This document shows, in pieces, positions 22,835 to 32,609 of a DNA stretch of 64,000 nucleotides; position 1 is the first letter of the stretch; each line of letters starts with the position of its first letter. The notes under the pieces were generated by a model, which searched no databases, was not told where the DNA came from, and worked only from the letters and a program-made list of their open reading frames with translations. This stretch comes from Alphaproteobacteria bacterium. GTDB lineage: Bacteria; Pseudomonadota; Alphaproteobacteria; UBA828. A program made the position numbers and the translations under genes. The stretch lies in the NCBI GenBank assembly GCA_963422645.2, contig CAXXVO010000005.1, positions 224,001-288,000 of the forward strand, written 5' to 3'.

Positions 22835-23647
22835 CTAGCCCCACTCGATGACGATATAGCCGGCGGAGACCGGGGAGGGCACGGTGAGCTGGGTGTGTCG
22901 GCTGACGCCGCTTGCGCCGGCGGGGGCGGAGGAGGTTCCGTCTGCGCCGTCTGCGCCGTTGCGTCCGTAGACCGCTCTCTTGCCGCCCTTGCCGCCGCGC
23001 GCCGTGCCGCCGAGGACGGCGGTGTTGCTGCCGTCGCCGCCGTCGGTGCCGGGGCGCGCCGTGCTGGTAAGGAGGGTGGGCGGTCCGTCCGTGCCGTCCA
23101 CGCCGTTGCTTCCCACGGACCACCAGTAGGAGCTGCCCGGCGAGACCGCGATCTCGAAGTAGATGAAGCCGCCGCCGCCGCCGTCGCCGCCACGCCAGGT
23201 GGTGCGCCTGTCGGGGCCCCTGCCGCCGGAGGTGATGCGGGTATAGCTGCCGCCGTCGCCGGCGGCGCCGCCCCGCAACTGCACGCGCACGCGGGTCACG
23301 CCCGTGGGCGCGACCCAGTACCCGGAGTCGGGCGTGGTGAAGGTCTTGCGCCCGCGCGGCGTGGGCCGGGGCGCCGGCTCGGGCGCGGGACGCGGCGGCG
23401 CCGTGCGCTCGCTGAGGTTGGCCAGCCGCGTGCGCTCGGCCGCGCTGAACACCTCGCCCCGCATCTGGCGGAAGGGGTGCAGGCCGGAGCCGTCGAGGGT
23501 GGCGACGCCGCCCGGATCGCCGAAGGCGTCGATCATGGCGTTGATTGTGTCGGCCATGGCCTTTATGGCGACGCGGGCGTGGGCGGGCGAATCGCTGCCC
23601 TGGTCGAGGTGGGTGGTGTCGATCTTCCGGGTGGGCCATGCGGTCAT
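22835..23647 (-). CDS. Glycine-rich phage tail fibre-like protein
   Basis: KTFTTP..YWVAPTGVTRVRVQLRGG followed by Gly-rich GGGGGG repeats; lies downstream of the tail tip gene. Confidence 0.65.
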   Translation of the reverse strand: MTAWPTRKIDTTHLDQGSDSPAHARVAIKAMADTINAMIDAFGDPGGVATLDGSGLHPFRQMRGEVFSAAERTRLANLSERTAPPRPAPEPAPRPTPRGRKTFTTPDSGYWVAPTGVTRVRVQLRGGAAGDGGSYTRITSGGRGPDRRTTWRGGDGGGGGFIYFEIAVSPGSSYWWSVGSNGVDGTDGPPTLLTSTARPGTDGGDGSNTAVLGGTARGGKGGKRAVYGRNGADGADGTSSAPAGASGVSRHTQLTVPSPVSAGYIVIEWG

Positions 23648-23668
23648 TGGGTTTCCTTTCGCGCCCAC

Positions 23669-25499
23669 TCAGCTCGCCGGCGCGGCGATATGGGCGCGGG
23701 CGAGGCCGAAGCAGAGGTACTTGACGGTGGGGAGTTGCCCGCGCTCCCAGGTCCAGGTCCACTCGACCTGGACGATGCGTCCTGCAATCCTGTCCCCGGC
23801 GGCGTAGCCGGTCCAGGCGGCGGAGGCGAGGTCGTCTCGGAAGTCGGCGGCGCGCACGCGCACCGTCGGCTGGACGGCGGCGTCGGAGTCCCAGGCGAGC
23901 ACCGAGACGACGCCGTCCTGGCCGAGGTCTGCCGGCATGGAGGTGTAGACGGTGGGCTCGGCCGCCCAGGCCGCGCCGGGGAGCGCCCATCCGGTCCAGG
24001 CGTCCCAGGTGGTGAGGCCGCGCCAGGCGTAGTCGGCGGCGCCGGTGGCGGGATCGGCCCAGGAGAAGTCGAGGGCCGCGCCGGCGAGCGTGCCGCGGGT
24101 CCATCCCTCGGCGCTGGGGCAGGCCCAGAACAGGCTCTCGCCCCGGCGCTGGGCGCCGAGGCGCGCGGTGACGCGGCTCTCGGGGCCGTAGCGCCCGCCG
24201 GTGTCGAGGGCGCGGAAGGAGAATACCCAGTCGCCGGCGGCGGGCTCGACGGCCTCCCACGGGCTTGCGGTGAGCCACCCCCGGTGGATCGCGCGCAGCT
24301 CTTCCCACGGCGTGCCCGGATCTGCGGGCCAGCCGGGCGCGGGTCCGTATCTGATGCGGACGCCGAGCAGGTCGGGGTCGGGCGGCTCGGCCCAGCGGAA
24401 GCGCCGGGTTCCGTCGCCGAGGCGCTCGACGTGGGCCTCGCCGACGGCGCCGGGGGGCGTGCGCAGGCCGCGGATCGTATATGCGATGCGGTGCCGCGGG
24501 CCGCCGCCGCGGGGCAGGACGACGATCTCGATCCAGCCCTCGGGCGGGCTGGTCCAGCGCGCCTCCGTGTCGCCGCCGTCGAGGCTGGCGACGGTGCGCA
24601 TGGGCCGGCGCTCCCACGACGCGCGGACCTCGGCGCCGCGCCAGTCGCCGGCGACGGTGAGGGAGAGCGCGATCTCGACGAGGAAGGCGGCGCCGACGCG
24701 GATCAGGGTCTCGGTGACGGTGGCGTGCAGGACCCGCGGCAGATTGCGCCGTATCTGCGGCAGATCGACCGAGAGGTCGGCGGTGGCGGCAGCGTAGTAG
24801 GCGCCGAGCTCGTCGACGGCCTCGAGGCGCACCCGGTCCCCGGATCTGGGGCTGACGCCCACGACCTTCACCCTCGCCGGCCCGGCGCCTGCGGGATAGA
24901 GGCGCCAGAGCGTGTCGACGGGCTCGCCGATTCCGTCCTCCGGCGCGGGTGTCGTCCACACGCGGGCGGTTTCGGCGCCGTTCGCGCGCGCGCCGGAGCC
25001 GGGCGGGCCGGCATGGGCGCGCACGGTCTCGAGCGCCCCTTCGGGCCGGCGCAGCATCAGCCAGTCGGTCCCCGCCGCGCCGGCGATCCGCACGGCGCGG
25101 TCGAGGGTGCATCCGTCGTCGTGCAGGGCGACGAGCCGGCCCGTGCGGCCCCCGTCGAGCAGGCCGTGGCTGAGGTGGACCACGTCGCCGCGCCTGATGG
25201 AGAGGCCTTCCGGCCCCGTCTCCCAGGCGATCCGCCGCCGGTGGTAGCGCTGGCGCGCGGCCTGGAGGTTGCACTCCAGGGCGGCCTGTTCGCGCGTCGT
25301 GACCCCGGCGAGCGTGAGCGTGGCGGTGGACGCGGGCGGGTATTCCGCGTCCGGCACGGTGCGGCGCACGGTGTTCCACTGCCAGTCGAGATCGGGGTCG
25401 ATATAGCGACAGGCGATCTCGTCCGCGCCGCGGCCTGCGGCCCAGTCCACCTCGAGGGAGCCTGCGACGATGTTGCCGGGGGTTATCATGGCCGTCGCT
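23669..25499 (-). pseudogene. Tail tip / host-specificity (TipJ-like) protein, C-terminal portion only
   Basis: ITPGNIV..S, YIDPDLDW, GVTTREQA and RRGDVV motifs plus FN3-like segments. The 5' part is replaced by tape-measure sequence. Confidence 0.7.
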
Positions 25500-25925
25500 G
25501 AGCGCGCCGAGCGCGCGGAAGGTCAGCAGCAGCGACTGCATCTCCAGGATCGCCTCGTCGCCGAAGGTCGTGACCTGCTGAAGCTCCGCCGCCATCCGGC
25601 GCAGGTCCCCGGTCGTGAGCTCCGTGGCCTCGCCGAGGTTGCGGATGCCGCGCTCCACCTGCGCGATCGCCTGCTCCTGGCGCACCGTGGCGCGCACGAC
25701 GCCGCGGATCGCGCCCGCGAGGCCCAGGCCCGCCAGCACGCCGCGCAGGCTGAAGACGCTCCGCCGCGCGCGCTCGGCGGCGGCGCCCATCGCACGCATG
25801 CTCGCAGCCGCGCGGCCGCCCTGGCGGGCAGTCCCGCCGAGACGGCCCTCCAGCCGCTTCATGCCGCGTACCGCCTGCTCCAGGTCGGCCCGGACCCGGA
25901 GCGCAAGCTCGAGATCGCGCGCCAT
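25500..25925 (-). pseudogene. Tape measure protein, N-terminal fragment
   Basis: MARDLELALRVRAD...ELQQVTTFGDEAILEMQSLLLTF is a typical TMP N-terminus; it ends after about 140 aa at a deletion junction. Confidence 0.75.
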
Positions 25926-26081
25926 CTAGCGGGCCGCCGTCATGATGTTGTCCGTGCGCCGCGCGCGTCTCATACTCGCGGCCATGAGATGCACCGGCGG
26001 GATCGACGCCCTGATCGGGCGCGTCGCAGGGGACTGCGCCGCGGCGGCCTGCTGGCTCGCCGTCCTGTTCGCAGTGCTCAT
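25926..26081 (-). CDS. Small hypothetical phage protein (51 aa)
   Basis: ATG overlaps the upstream TGA (ATGA), and the stop abuts the TMP ATG. Confidence 0.35.
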   Translation of the reverse strand: MSTANRTASQQAAAAQSPATRPIRASIPPVHLMAASMRRARRTDNIMTAAR

Positions 26082-26178
26082 CCTGACAGCCTGACCCCGA
26101 GGCCGGCGGCGAGCGCCTCCAGCTCCTCCGCGCGCCGTTCCCCGGCGCGCCGCCAGAACAGCTCCATCTGCCGCCATG

Positions 26179-26715
26179 TCAGTGTCTCGCAGAGCTCCCG
26201 GTGCCCGCGCCCGTGGCCGGCGGCGGCGAGGTCGCCAAGGACGCGGGAGAGCGGAACAGGCGCGCCGTCTCCGCCCGCGCCGCGACGGCGCCCACGACGC
26301 GGCGCATGAAAAAACCCCCGTTCGCCCCCCACATCGCCATGGTGAGAGCATGAGCGTCGCCGTCGCCGAGCCGCGCGAGCCAGGCCGCATCGCGCCCGCA
26401 CGCGCGGGCCACCAGATCGAGCCAGAGATCGGCATGCGCGCCCAGCGCGGCATCGAGCGCCATGAGGTCGGGCAGCGCCGCCTCCGCGTCCTCCGGCGCC
26501 AGCTCCACAAGCGCCGCGATCAGCGGCCGCGCCAGCGCGCCCGCCTCCAGCCCCTCGCGGAAGCGGAACTCGCGCACCGTGAGCGTGACCGGCCGGCCCG
26601 TGTCCGGGTCGCGGACCTCGATATCGACATCGGGAAAGAGGATGCCGAGCTCGGCCGCCGTGTCCGGGGCCTCCGCCTTCGCGGCGGCCTTCGCCTCGCC
26701 CTTGCGCGCCGCCAT
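26179..26715 (-). CDS. Phage tail assembly chaperone (G-type, DUF6631-like)
   Basis: Lies between tail tube and TMP; ILFPD..., TVREFRFREG and MWGANGGFFMRRV motifs; contains a slippery GGGTTTT. Confidence 0.65.
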   Translation of the reverse strand: MAARKGEAKAAAKAEAPDTAAELGILFPDVDIEVRDPDTGRPVTLTVREFRFREGLEAGALARPLIAALVELAPEDAEAALPDLMALDAALGAHADLWLDLVARACGRDAAWLARLGDGDAHALTMAMWGANGGFFMRRVVGAVAARAETARLFRSPASLATSPPPATGAGTGSSARH

Positions 26716-27092
26716 CACGCCGCCTCCCCGTCGATCCAGAGCGCCGCCCTGGCGCCGCCCGGATCGAGGATCGAGCAGACCAGCGAGATCTGCTGCTCGG
26801 TGTCCCGGCTCTTCAGCGCGAACTCGCCGGACGGCCCGATCGAGCACTTCGGCGCGTAGTAGTCCCGCCCCTCGCCGGTATCCGCGTCCTCGATGTAGCG
26901 CACCGCGGCCAGAACCTCGCGCGGAGAGGACGAGGCCTTGACGATCCCGCGCTTCGGCCGGCCCTTGGCAGGCGTGTAGCTCACCCGGCAGCCGTCGTCG
27001 CCCGACACCGCCTCGCTCTTCAGGTAGATGCGCCCGCGCGCCTCGTCGATCTCGTAGTCCGTGCCCTTCACGGCGGCCGTGCTCCCCTTGGC
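26715..27092 (-). pseudogene. Major tail tube protein, C-terminal fragment
   Basis: GTDYEIDEARGRIY...YAPKCSIGPSGEFALK; the 5' end is removed at the IS21 left end. Confidence 0.65.
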
Positions 27093-27211
27093 TGTTGTTA
27101 AGCGTGGAAAAGTGACCCCCTATTGGGGGTGATCGGCGTCCAAAATTGACCCCCTTGGATTTGTGTCCATGAACACACCTCGTCGTTTGGACGGACGGGG
27201 TGGTGGGGGAG

Positions 27212-28726
27212 ATGCTGGTTGTGGAAACGATCGCGAAGATCCGTCGGGATCATCTGGTGAAGGGCGTTCCGATCAAGAAGCTCGCCCGGGATTTGAGGGT
27301 TTCCAAGAACACGATACGCAAGGTGGTGCGGGGCGATGCGACCTCGCACAGCTACGAGCGCAAGATCCAGCCGATGCCGAAGCTTGGGCTGTGGGTGGAG
27401 GAGCTTGAGCGCCAGCTGAAGGCCAACGAGAAGAAGGCACGCAAGGATCGGCTGTCTCTTCTGCGGATTCATGAAGACCTTGTGTCGCTGGGCTACAAGG
27501 GCGGCTATGACGCGGTTCGCCGCTATGCCAGGGCCTGGCGGCGCCGGTGGCGGCTGTTGTCGCCGGCGCAGGCCTATGTGCCGCTGATCTTCGATCCCGG
27601 CGAGGCCTACCAGTTCGACTGGAGCCACGAGTACGCGCGTCTGTCGGGCGCGACGACCAGGGTGAAGGCGGCGCACATGCGGCTGTGCCACAGCCGGATG
27701 TATCTGGTCCAGATCTTTCCCCGCGAGAGCCAGGAGATGGTCTTCGAGGCGCACGAGCGTGCCTTCCGCTTCTTCGGCGGGGTCTGCCGGCGGGGCATCT
27801 ACGACAACATGAAGACGGCGGTGAGCACGATCTTCGTGGGCAAGAAGCGGGACTACAACCGCCGCTTCCAGGAGCTGTGCTCGCACCATCTGGTGGAGCC
27901 TGTGGCGTGCACGCCAGGGGCTGGCTGGGAGAAGGGGCAGGTCGAGAAGCAGGTGGGTGACCTTCGCGGCCGCCTGTTCGTGCCCATCCCGCGGGGCCGC
28001 TCCTACGCCGAGATCAACGAGTGGCTGATGGATCGGTGCATCGAGGACGCCAAGAAGCATCCGCATCCGACAATCCCGGGCAAGACGGTGTGGCAGGTGT
28101 TCGAGGAGGAGCAGCCCTTCCTGATGGCGTATCGCGGCCCCTTCGACGGCTTCCATGCCAGCGAGGTGTCGGTCTCGAAGACCTGTCTGGTGCGCTTCGA
28201 CAACAACCAGTACAGCGTCGCGGCCCGCGCCGTCGGCCGGCCGGTGGACGTGCGGGCCTATGCCGATCGGATCGTCATCCGCCAGGACGGCGAGACCGTT
28301 GCCGAGCACCCCCGCAGCTTCGGGCGCGGCCGGTTCGTCTACGATCCGTGGCATTACGTGCCGATCCTGACGCGGAAGCCCGGCGCGCTACGCAATGGCG
28401 CGCCCTTCAAGGACTGGCAGTTGCCCAACGCGCTCGGCCGCCTGCGAACCCGGCTCGCGGGCCACGACGACGGCGACCGGCAGTTCGTCAAGGTGCTCGC
28501 GGCGGTGCTGGAGGACGGACTGGAGGCGGTTGAGGCGGCCTGTGCCGAGACGCTCGACTGCGGTGCCTGCAGCGCCGACGTGGTGCTCAACATCCTCGCC
28601 CGGCAGCGCCAGCCGGCACCGCCGGCAATCATCCCGACGCCCGAGGGCCTGCAGCTTCGCCACAAGCCGGTAGCCGACTGTCAGCGCTACGACAGCCTGA
28701 GGGAGGCCGGTCATGGAGCGTCATGA
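27212..28726 (+). CDS. istA: IS21 transposase IstA
   Basis: N-terminal HTH, DDE motifs [14 protein letters not shown] and EKGQVE; ATG at 27212. Confidence 0.95.
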   Translation: MLVVETIAKIRRDHLVKGVPIKKLARDLRVSKNTIRKVVRGDATSHSYERKIQPMPKLGLWVEELERQLKANEKKARKDRLSLLRIHEDLVSLGYKGGYDAVRRYARAWRRRWRLLSPAQAYVPLIFDPGEAYQFDWSHEYARLSGATTRVKAAHMRLCHSRMYLVQIFPRESQEMVFEAHERAFRFFGGVCRRGIYDNMKTAVSTIFVGKKRDYNRRFQELCSHHLVEPVACTPGAGWEKGQVEKQVGDLRGRLFVPIPRGRSYAEINEWLMDRCIEDAKKHPHPTIPGKTVWQVFEEEQPFLMAYRGPFDGFHASEVSVSKTCLVRFDNNQYSVAARAVGRPVDVRAYADRIVIRQDGETVAEHPRSFGRGRFVYDPWHYVPILTRKPGALRNGAPFKDWQLPNALGRLRTRLAGHDDGDRQFVKVLAAVLEDGLEAVEAACAETLDCGACSADVVLNILARQRQPAPPAIIPTPEGLQLRHKPVADCQRYDSLREAGHGAS

Positions 28727-29441
28727 TGTGCTGGAGATGATGACCCAGCTGAAGCTCGCAGGTATGCGCGCCGCTTACGACGACATCCTTGCCGACGGGC
28801 TCAAGCGCCGCCATCCGGTGCAACAGATCATCGGTACGCTGCTGCAGGTCGAGATCGCCGACAAGAGGGCCCGCTCGATCAAGTACCAGATGGCCTCCGC
28901 CAAGCTGCCGACGGTCAAGGAGCTGGCCGACTTCGACTTCGCCGCCTCGCCGGTCAACGAGCCCCTGATCCAGGAGCTCGCCGGCGGCGGCTTCCTCGAG
29001 GGCAAACGCAACATCGTGCTGGTCGGCGGCACCGGTACCGGCAAGACCCATCTCGCCGTCGCCATCGCGCGGTCCTGCATCCGCAAGGGCGCGCGCGGCC
29101 GGTGCTACAACGTCGTCGACCTGGTCAACCTCCTCGAGGCCGAGCTTCGCGCCGGACGCCAGGGCCGCACTGCAGACCAGCTCGTCCGCCGCGACTTCGT
29201 CATCCTCGACGAGCTCGGCTACCTGCCCTTCGCCCAGGCCGGTGGGCAGCTGCTCTTCCATCTGATGAGCCGGCTCTACGAGCGCACCTCGATCGTCATC
29301 ACCACAAACCTCGCCTTCGGCGAATGGCCATCCGTCTTCGGCGACCCCAAGATGACCACAGCGCTGCTCGATCGCCTCACCCATCATTGCGAGATCATCG
29401 AGACCGGCAACGAGAGCTGGCGCTTCAAGAACCGCTCCTGA
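28713..29441 (+). CDS. istB: IS21 helper ATPase IstB
   Basis: Walker A GGTGTGKT, Walker B ILDELGY and LLDRLTHH. Confidence 0.95.
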   Translation: MERHDVLEMMTQLKLAGMRAAYDDILADGLKRRHPVQQIIGTLLQVEIADKRARSIKYQMASAKLPTVKELADFDFAASPVNEPLIQELAGGGFLEGKRNIVLVGGTGTGKTHLAVAIARSCIRKGARGRCYNVVDLVNLLEAELRAGRQGRTADQLVRRDFVILDELGYLPFAQAGGQLLFHLMSRLYERTSIVITTNLAFGEWPSVFGDPKMTTALLDRLTHHCEIIETGNESWRFKNRS

Positions 29442-30388
29442 CCCGCCGCCGGCCTCCCTTGCGGCCCGGTTGCCCCGGTGGGCCAACAGGGACCCCCCAC
29501 GCGGCTTCGCTCCGCGTAGCGCAGGGCGCCACACGAAGCCGCGCGGGTCCCCCCTATTGGCTACCGGGACAACCTCCGCCGTGCCACTCAGGGGGGTCAA
29601 TTTTGCACGCCGATCGGGGGTCAGTATTGAAAGCCGATTGACAACCAGGCCCCAGAAGGCGAGGTAGGGGTCGTCCCAGCCGGGGTCGGCCTCCTCCACG
29701 GTGCAGCCGAGCTCGCTCTCGAACACGCGGGCGGCATCGCCCACGATCTGGCGCACCTCGGGATCGACAGCGGCGTAGCCCCAGTCCGCGCTGTAGGCGA
29801 CGCGGCAGCCCTTGAGGTCGGTGCCCACGTCGGTCCAGTCGAAGTCGGCGGCCGGGAGCGAGTGGCGGTCGCGGTCGTCGGGGCCGGCCATGACCGAGAG
29901 CATGAGTGCCGAATCGGCCACCGTCCGCGACAAGGGGCCGATATGTTCGATCCCCTCCCAGCTGGAGACGCCGGGGTAGCGCTCGTCCCGGCACCCGGGG
30001 TAGAGCGGCACTCGCCCCATCGACGCCTTGACCCCCACCAGCCCGCAGAAGGAGGCCGGGATGCGCACCGACCCGCCGCCGTCGCTGCCGACCGCGAGCG
30101 GCCCCATGCCTGAGGCCACCGCCGCGCCGGAGCCCGCGCTGGAGCCGCCGGGCGAGCGCTCCAGGTTCCATGGGTTGCGCGTCGACTCGAACACGGGGTT
30201 GTGGCTCGCGCCGCTGTAGCCGAACTCCGGCACGTTGGTCTTGCCCAGGATCACCGCGCCCGCGTCCCGCAGGCGCTCGACCACCACGTCGTCCTCCTCC
30301 GCCACAAAACAGTCATGGTCCCCGCGGTTCTGAGCCACCCCGTGGCATGAAACAGGAGCGGTTCGGCTGACGTTTTCCTTGCGCTTGC

Positions 30389-30596
30389 ACCCATTTGCCG
30401 TGTCAGGATGGGTATTGGCGGAGGTGGGGACGTGTGAGCGTCGTTATATCGGTGACGTAGTTCCCGATGACAAAACTGCTTCCGGCGGCCGGCTCCGCAC
30501 CCCGTATTGTACCCGGCCCGTGGCCGTGGACGCGCGGCAAATTGCACCGCACCCGCTCGTCGGATGCGTGTTCTTCCGACCGCTGTCCCCGCCTCC
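30389..30596 (+). ncRNA. Candidate IS110 bridge RNA
   Basis: Hairpin ACCCAT/ATGGGT; 12-bp closing stem 30420-30431/30585-30596; loop sequences matching the donor and target junctions (see findings). Boundaries approximate. Confidence 0.6.
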
Positions 30597-30661
30597 ACCG
30601 TGGCGATGCCACGGCGTGATCGTACGCCGCCGTGGCGAGAGCGCAAATGAGGAGGAAGGCG

Positions 30662-31912
30662 ATGAAGACGGAAGGCTTGCACGTCGTCCGGCCGCGCGCG
30701 GCGGGTCTGGACGTGCACAAGATGGAGATCACCGCGACGGTTCGCCTCTGTGAGGGCGAGGGTGAGCCGGTGGTGGAGACGCGCTGCTTCGGCACGCTGC
30801 CGAGCGGTCTGGAGGAGATGGTCGCGTGGCTGACCGGTCACGGCGTCGAGGCTGCGGTGATGGAAGGGACCGGGGTCTACTGGCAGGCGCCCTTCGCGGC
30901 CCTGGAGGCGGCCGGGCTCGAGGCGATCCTGGTGCATGCGCGTCAGGTGAAGCAGTTGAAGGGGCGCAAGACCGACGTGGCGGACAGCGTGTGGCTGGCC
31001 TGCGTGTGCCAGTTCGGGCTCTGCACGCCTTCCCACGTTCCGCCTGAGCCGTTCCGGGAGCTGCGCGCACTGAGCCGCCAGCGCCGCGTCCTGGTCAGGC
31101 AGCGCTCCGCCGTGCGCAACCGCGTGCAGAAGATCATCGACCGCGCCGGTGCGCGCATCGGCGGCATCCTCTCCGACGTCTTCGGCGTCAACGGCCGGAA
31201 GATCCTCGACGGCCTGGCGCAGGGGACGGCGCGCGAGGTCATCCTCGCCTCGCTCACCAGCCACGTTGCGAACAAGCTGGAGGGGCTCGGCGAGGCGCTC
31301 ACCCTGAGCCTGGGCGACAACGACCGCTTCATGCTCAACGACCTGCTGGAGGAGCATGACGCGCTTGAGGCGCGCATCGCGTCCTACACCAGGAAGATCG
31401 ACGGGCAGATGACACCGTGGGAGGAGCAGCTCCGTCTGCTGACCACCATCCCCGGCATCGACCGCACCGCCGCCTCGACCATCCTCATCGAGATCGGCCC
31501 CGACATCGGCGTGTTCGCCTCCAAGGAGCACTTCGCCGCCTGGGCCGGGCTCTGCCCCGGCAACAACGAGAGCGGGGGCAAGCGCCGCAACGCACGCACC
31601 CGCATGGGCTCCAAGACCCTGCGCGCCTGCCTCGTCGAGTGTGCCCACGGCGCGGCCCGAACCAAGGGGTGCCAGTTCGAGGCTCATCACCGCGCCCTCG
31701 CCGCCCGGCGCGGCTACAAGCGCGCCATCGTCGCCGGCGCTCACAAGATGCTGCGCATCATCTATGTGGTGCTCAAGACCGGCAGGCCCTACTACGACCG
31801 CACGGCCGACTACGACGCTCTGATGGTCAAGCGCAACGCTCCTCGGTGGATCCGCATGCTCCGCCGCTACGGCTACATCGAGCCCGTAGGCGCGGAACTC
31901 AAGGCCGCCTGA
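30662..31912 (+). CDS. IS110 family recombinase/transposase
   Basis: DEDD RuvC-like residues in GLDVHK, MEGTG and KTDVAD; C-terminal NESGGK serine; RBS GAGGAGG before ATG 30662. Confidence 0.93.
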   Translation: MKTEGLHVVRPRAAGLDVHKMEITATVRLCEGEGEPVVETRCFGTLPSGLEEMVAWLTGHGVEAAVMEGTGVYWQAPFAALEAAGLEAILVHARQVKQLKGRKTDVADSVWLACVCQFGLCTPSHVPPEPFRELRALSRQRRVLVRQRSAVRNRVQKIIDRAGARIGGILSDVFGVNGRKILDGLAQGTAREVILASLTSHVANKLEGLGEALTLSLGDNDRFMLNDLLEEHDALEARIASYTRKIDGQMTPWEEQLRLLTTIPGIDRTAASTILIEIGPDIGVFASKEHFAAWAGLCPGNNESGGKRRNARTRMGSKTLRACLVECAHGAARTKGCQFEAHHRALAARRGYKRAIVAGAHKMLRIIYVVLKTGRPYYDRTADYDALMVKRNAPRWIRMLRRYGYIEPVGAELKAA

Positions 31913-32609
31913 GCGGCCCGCATCTCGTCAGCCGGCTACGCGGGACCGCTTCGGACCACATCGGGGAAGTCCACCGCTCGTCTCCGCCGCGCCGACCCTG
32001 GCGGTCTCAGCCAACGCCGTGACCTCGGGGTTGGAGCGTCACCGCGCGTCCCTCGCCAGAATCTGTTTCACGGCAAATCCTTGTAGGCGATGGAGCCCGA
32101 GACCGTGCGCAGGTCCTTGGTGCAGACGAGGTCCTTGATCCCGACCGGCACGCCCGCGAGCGGGCCCGGGTCCTCGCCCGCCGCGATCCTGGCATCCACC
32201 TTGCGGGCGGCGGCGCGGGCGTAGTCGGGCGCCGGCGTGCAGAAGGCGTGCAGGTCGGGTTCCACCTGCTCCATGTGGGCGATCACCGCCTCGGCAACCT
32301 CGATCGCCGAAAGCTCTCTGGCCCGCACCCGCGTGGCCAGGGACACGGCGTCCATCCGGCAGATTTCGTTGGCCTGCGGCATGCGCCCTCTCCCGTCCTC
32401 AGGCTGCCGCCGAGGCGGCCCAGCTTGGCAACCTGTGTGGCCCGGCGGTGCGCCGAACGCAACCCCGGCGGGCCGCAGGAGGTCCGGCGCGCGGGCGGGG
32501 AGGCCAGCGCTGCGCGCGGCCTTTGGGGCCCCGACCTTCACCTTTTGGACCTAATGTGATATAAGGGTTACGCAATTAAAAAGACCAATGGTTATGGGGA
32601 GATACAACT

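Larger units (their letters stand above)
21777..27092 (-). mobile_element. Decayed Mu-like (transposable) prophage remnant: end plus siphovirus-type tail module
   Basis: Terminal TG followed by two tandem 20-bp repeats. Colinear minus-strand tail tube, chaperone, tape measure, tail tip and fibre genes. Cut by IS21 at 27093. Confidence 0.7.
27093..29643 (+). mobile_element. IS21-family insertion sequence
   Basis: TG...CA ends with repeated ATCGGCGT.CAAAATTGACCCC motifs at both ends; istA and istB present; no target duplication. Confidence 0.92.
30310..32077 (+). mobile_element. IS110-family element (1768 bp)
   Basis: Removing 30310-32077 restores the amidase codons K-D-F-V exactly. No TIR or TSD; AAA is shared at both junctions; ~350-bp left non-coding end. 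Confidence 0.9.
29644..32382 (-). pseudogene. Amidase (AS family), split by IS110 and 3'-truncated by IS21
   Basis: Segment 32382-32078 (GVPVGIKD...GSIAYKD) joins in frame to 30309-29644 (FVAEEDD...GKTN...GGSSAGS...GSDGGGSVRIPAS). Confidence 0.9.

Noticed and set aside
22461-25925. 1154-aa ORF as an intact tape measure protein
   Set aside because: After about 140 aa it becomes Arg/Pro-rich off-frame read-through of the tail tip and fibre genes, caused by the deletion.
28629-30338. 569-aa ORF as an amidase fusion protein
   Set aside because: It is the amidase fragment reading through the IS21 end into the antisense strand of istB.
30348-32070. TGAAACAG/CTGTTTCA as IS1111-type sub-terminal inverted repeats, and a promoter formed at the IS110 circle junction
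   Set aside because: The match is only 8 bp and asymmetrically placed (38 nt in on the left, within a few nt of the end on the right). No convincing -35/-10 pair forms across the junction.
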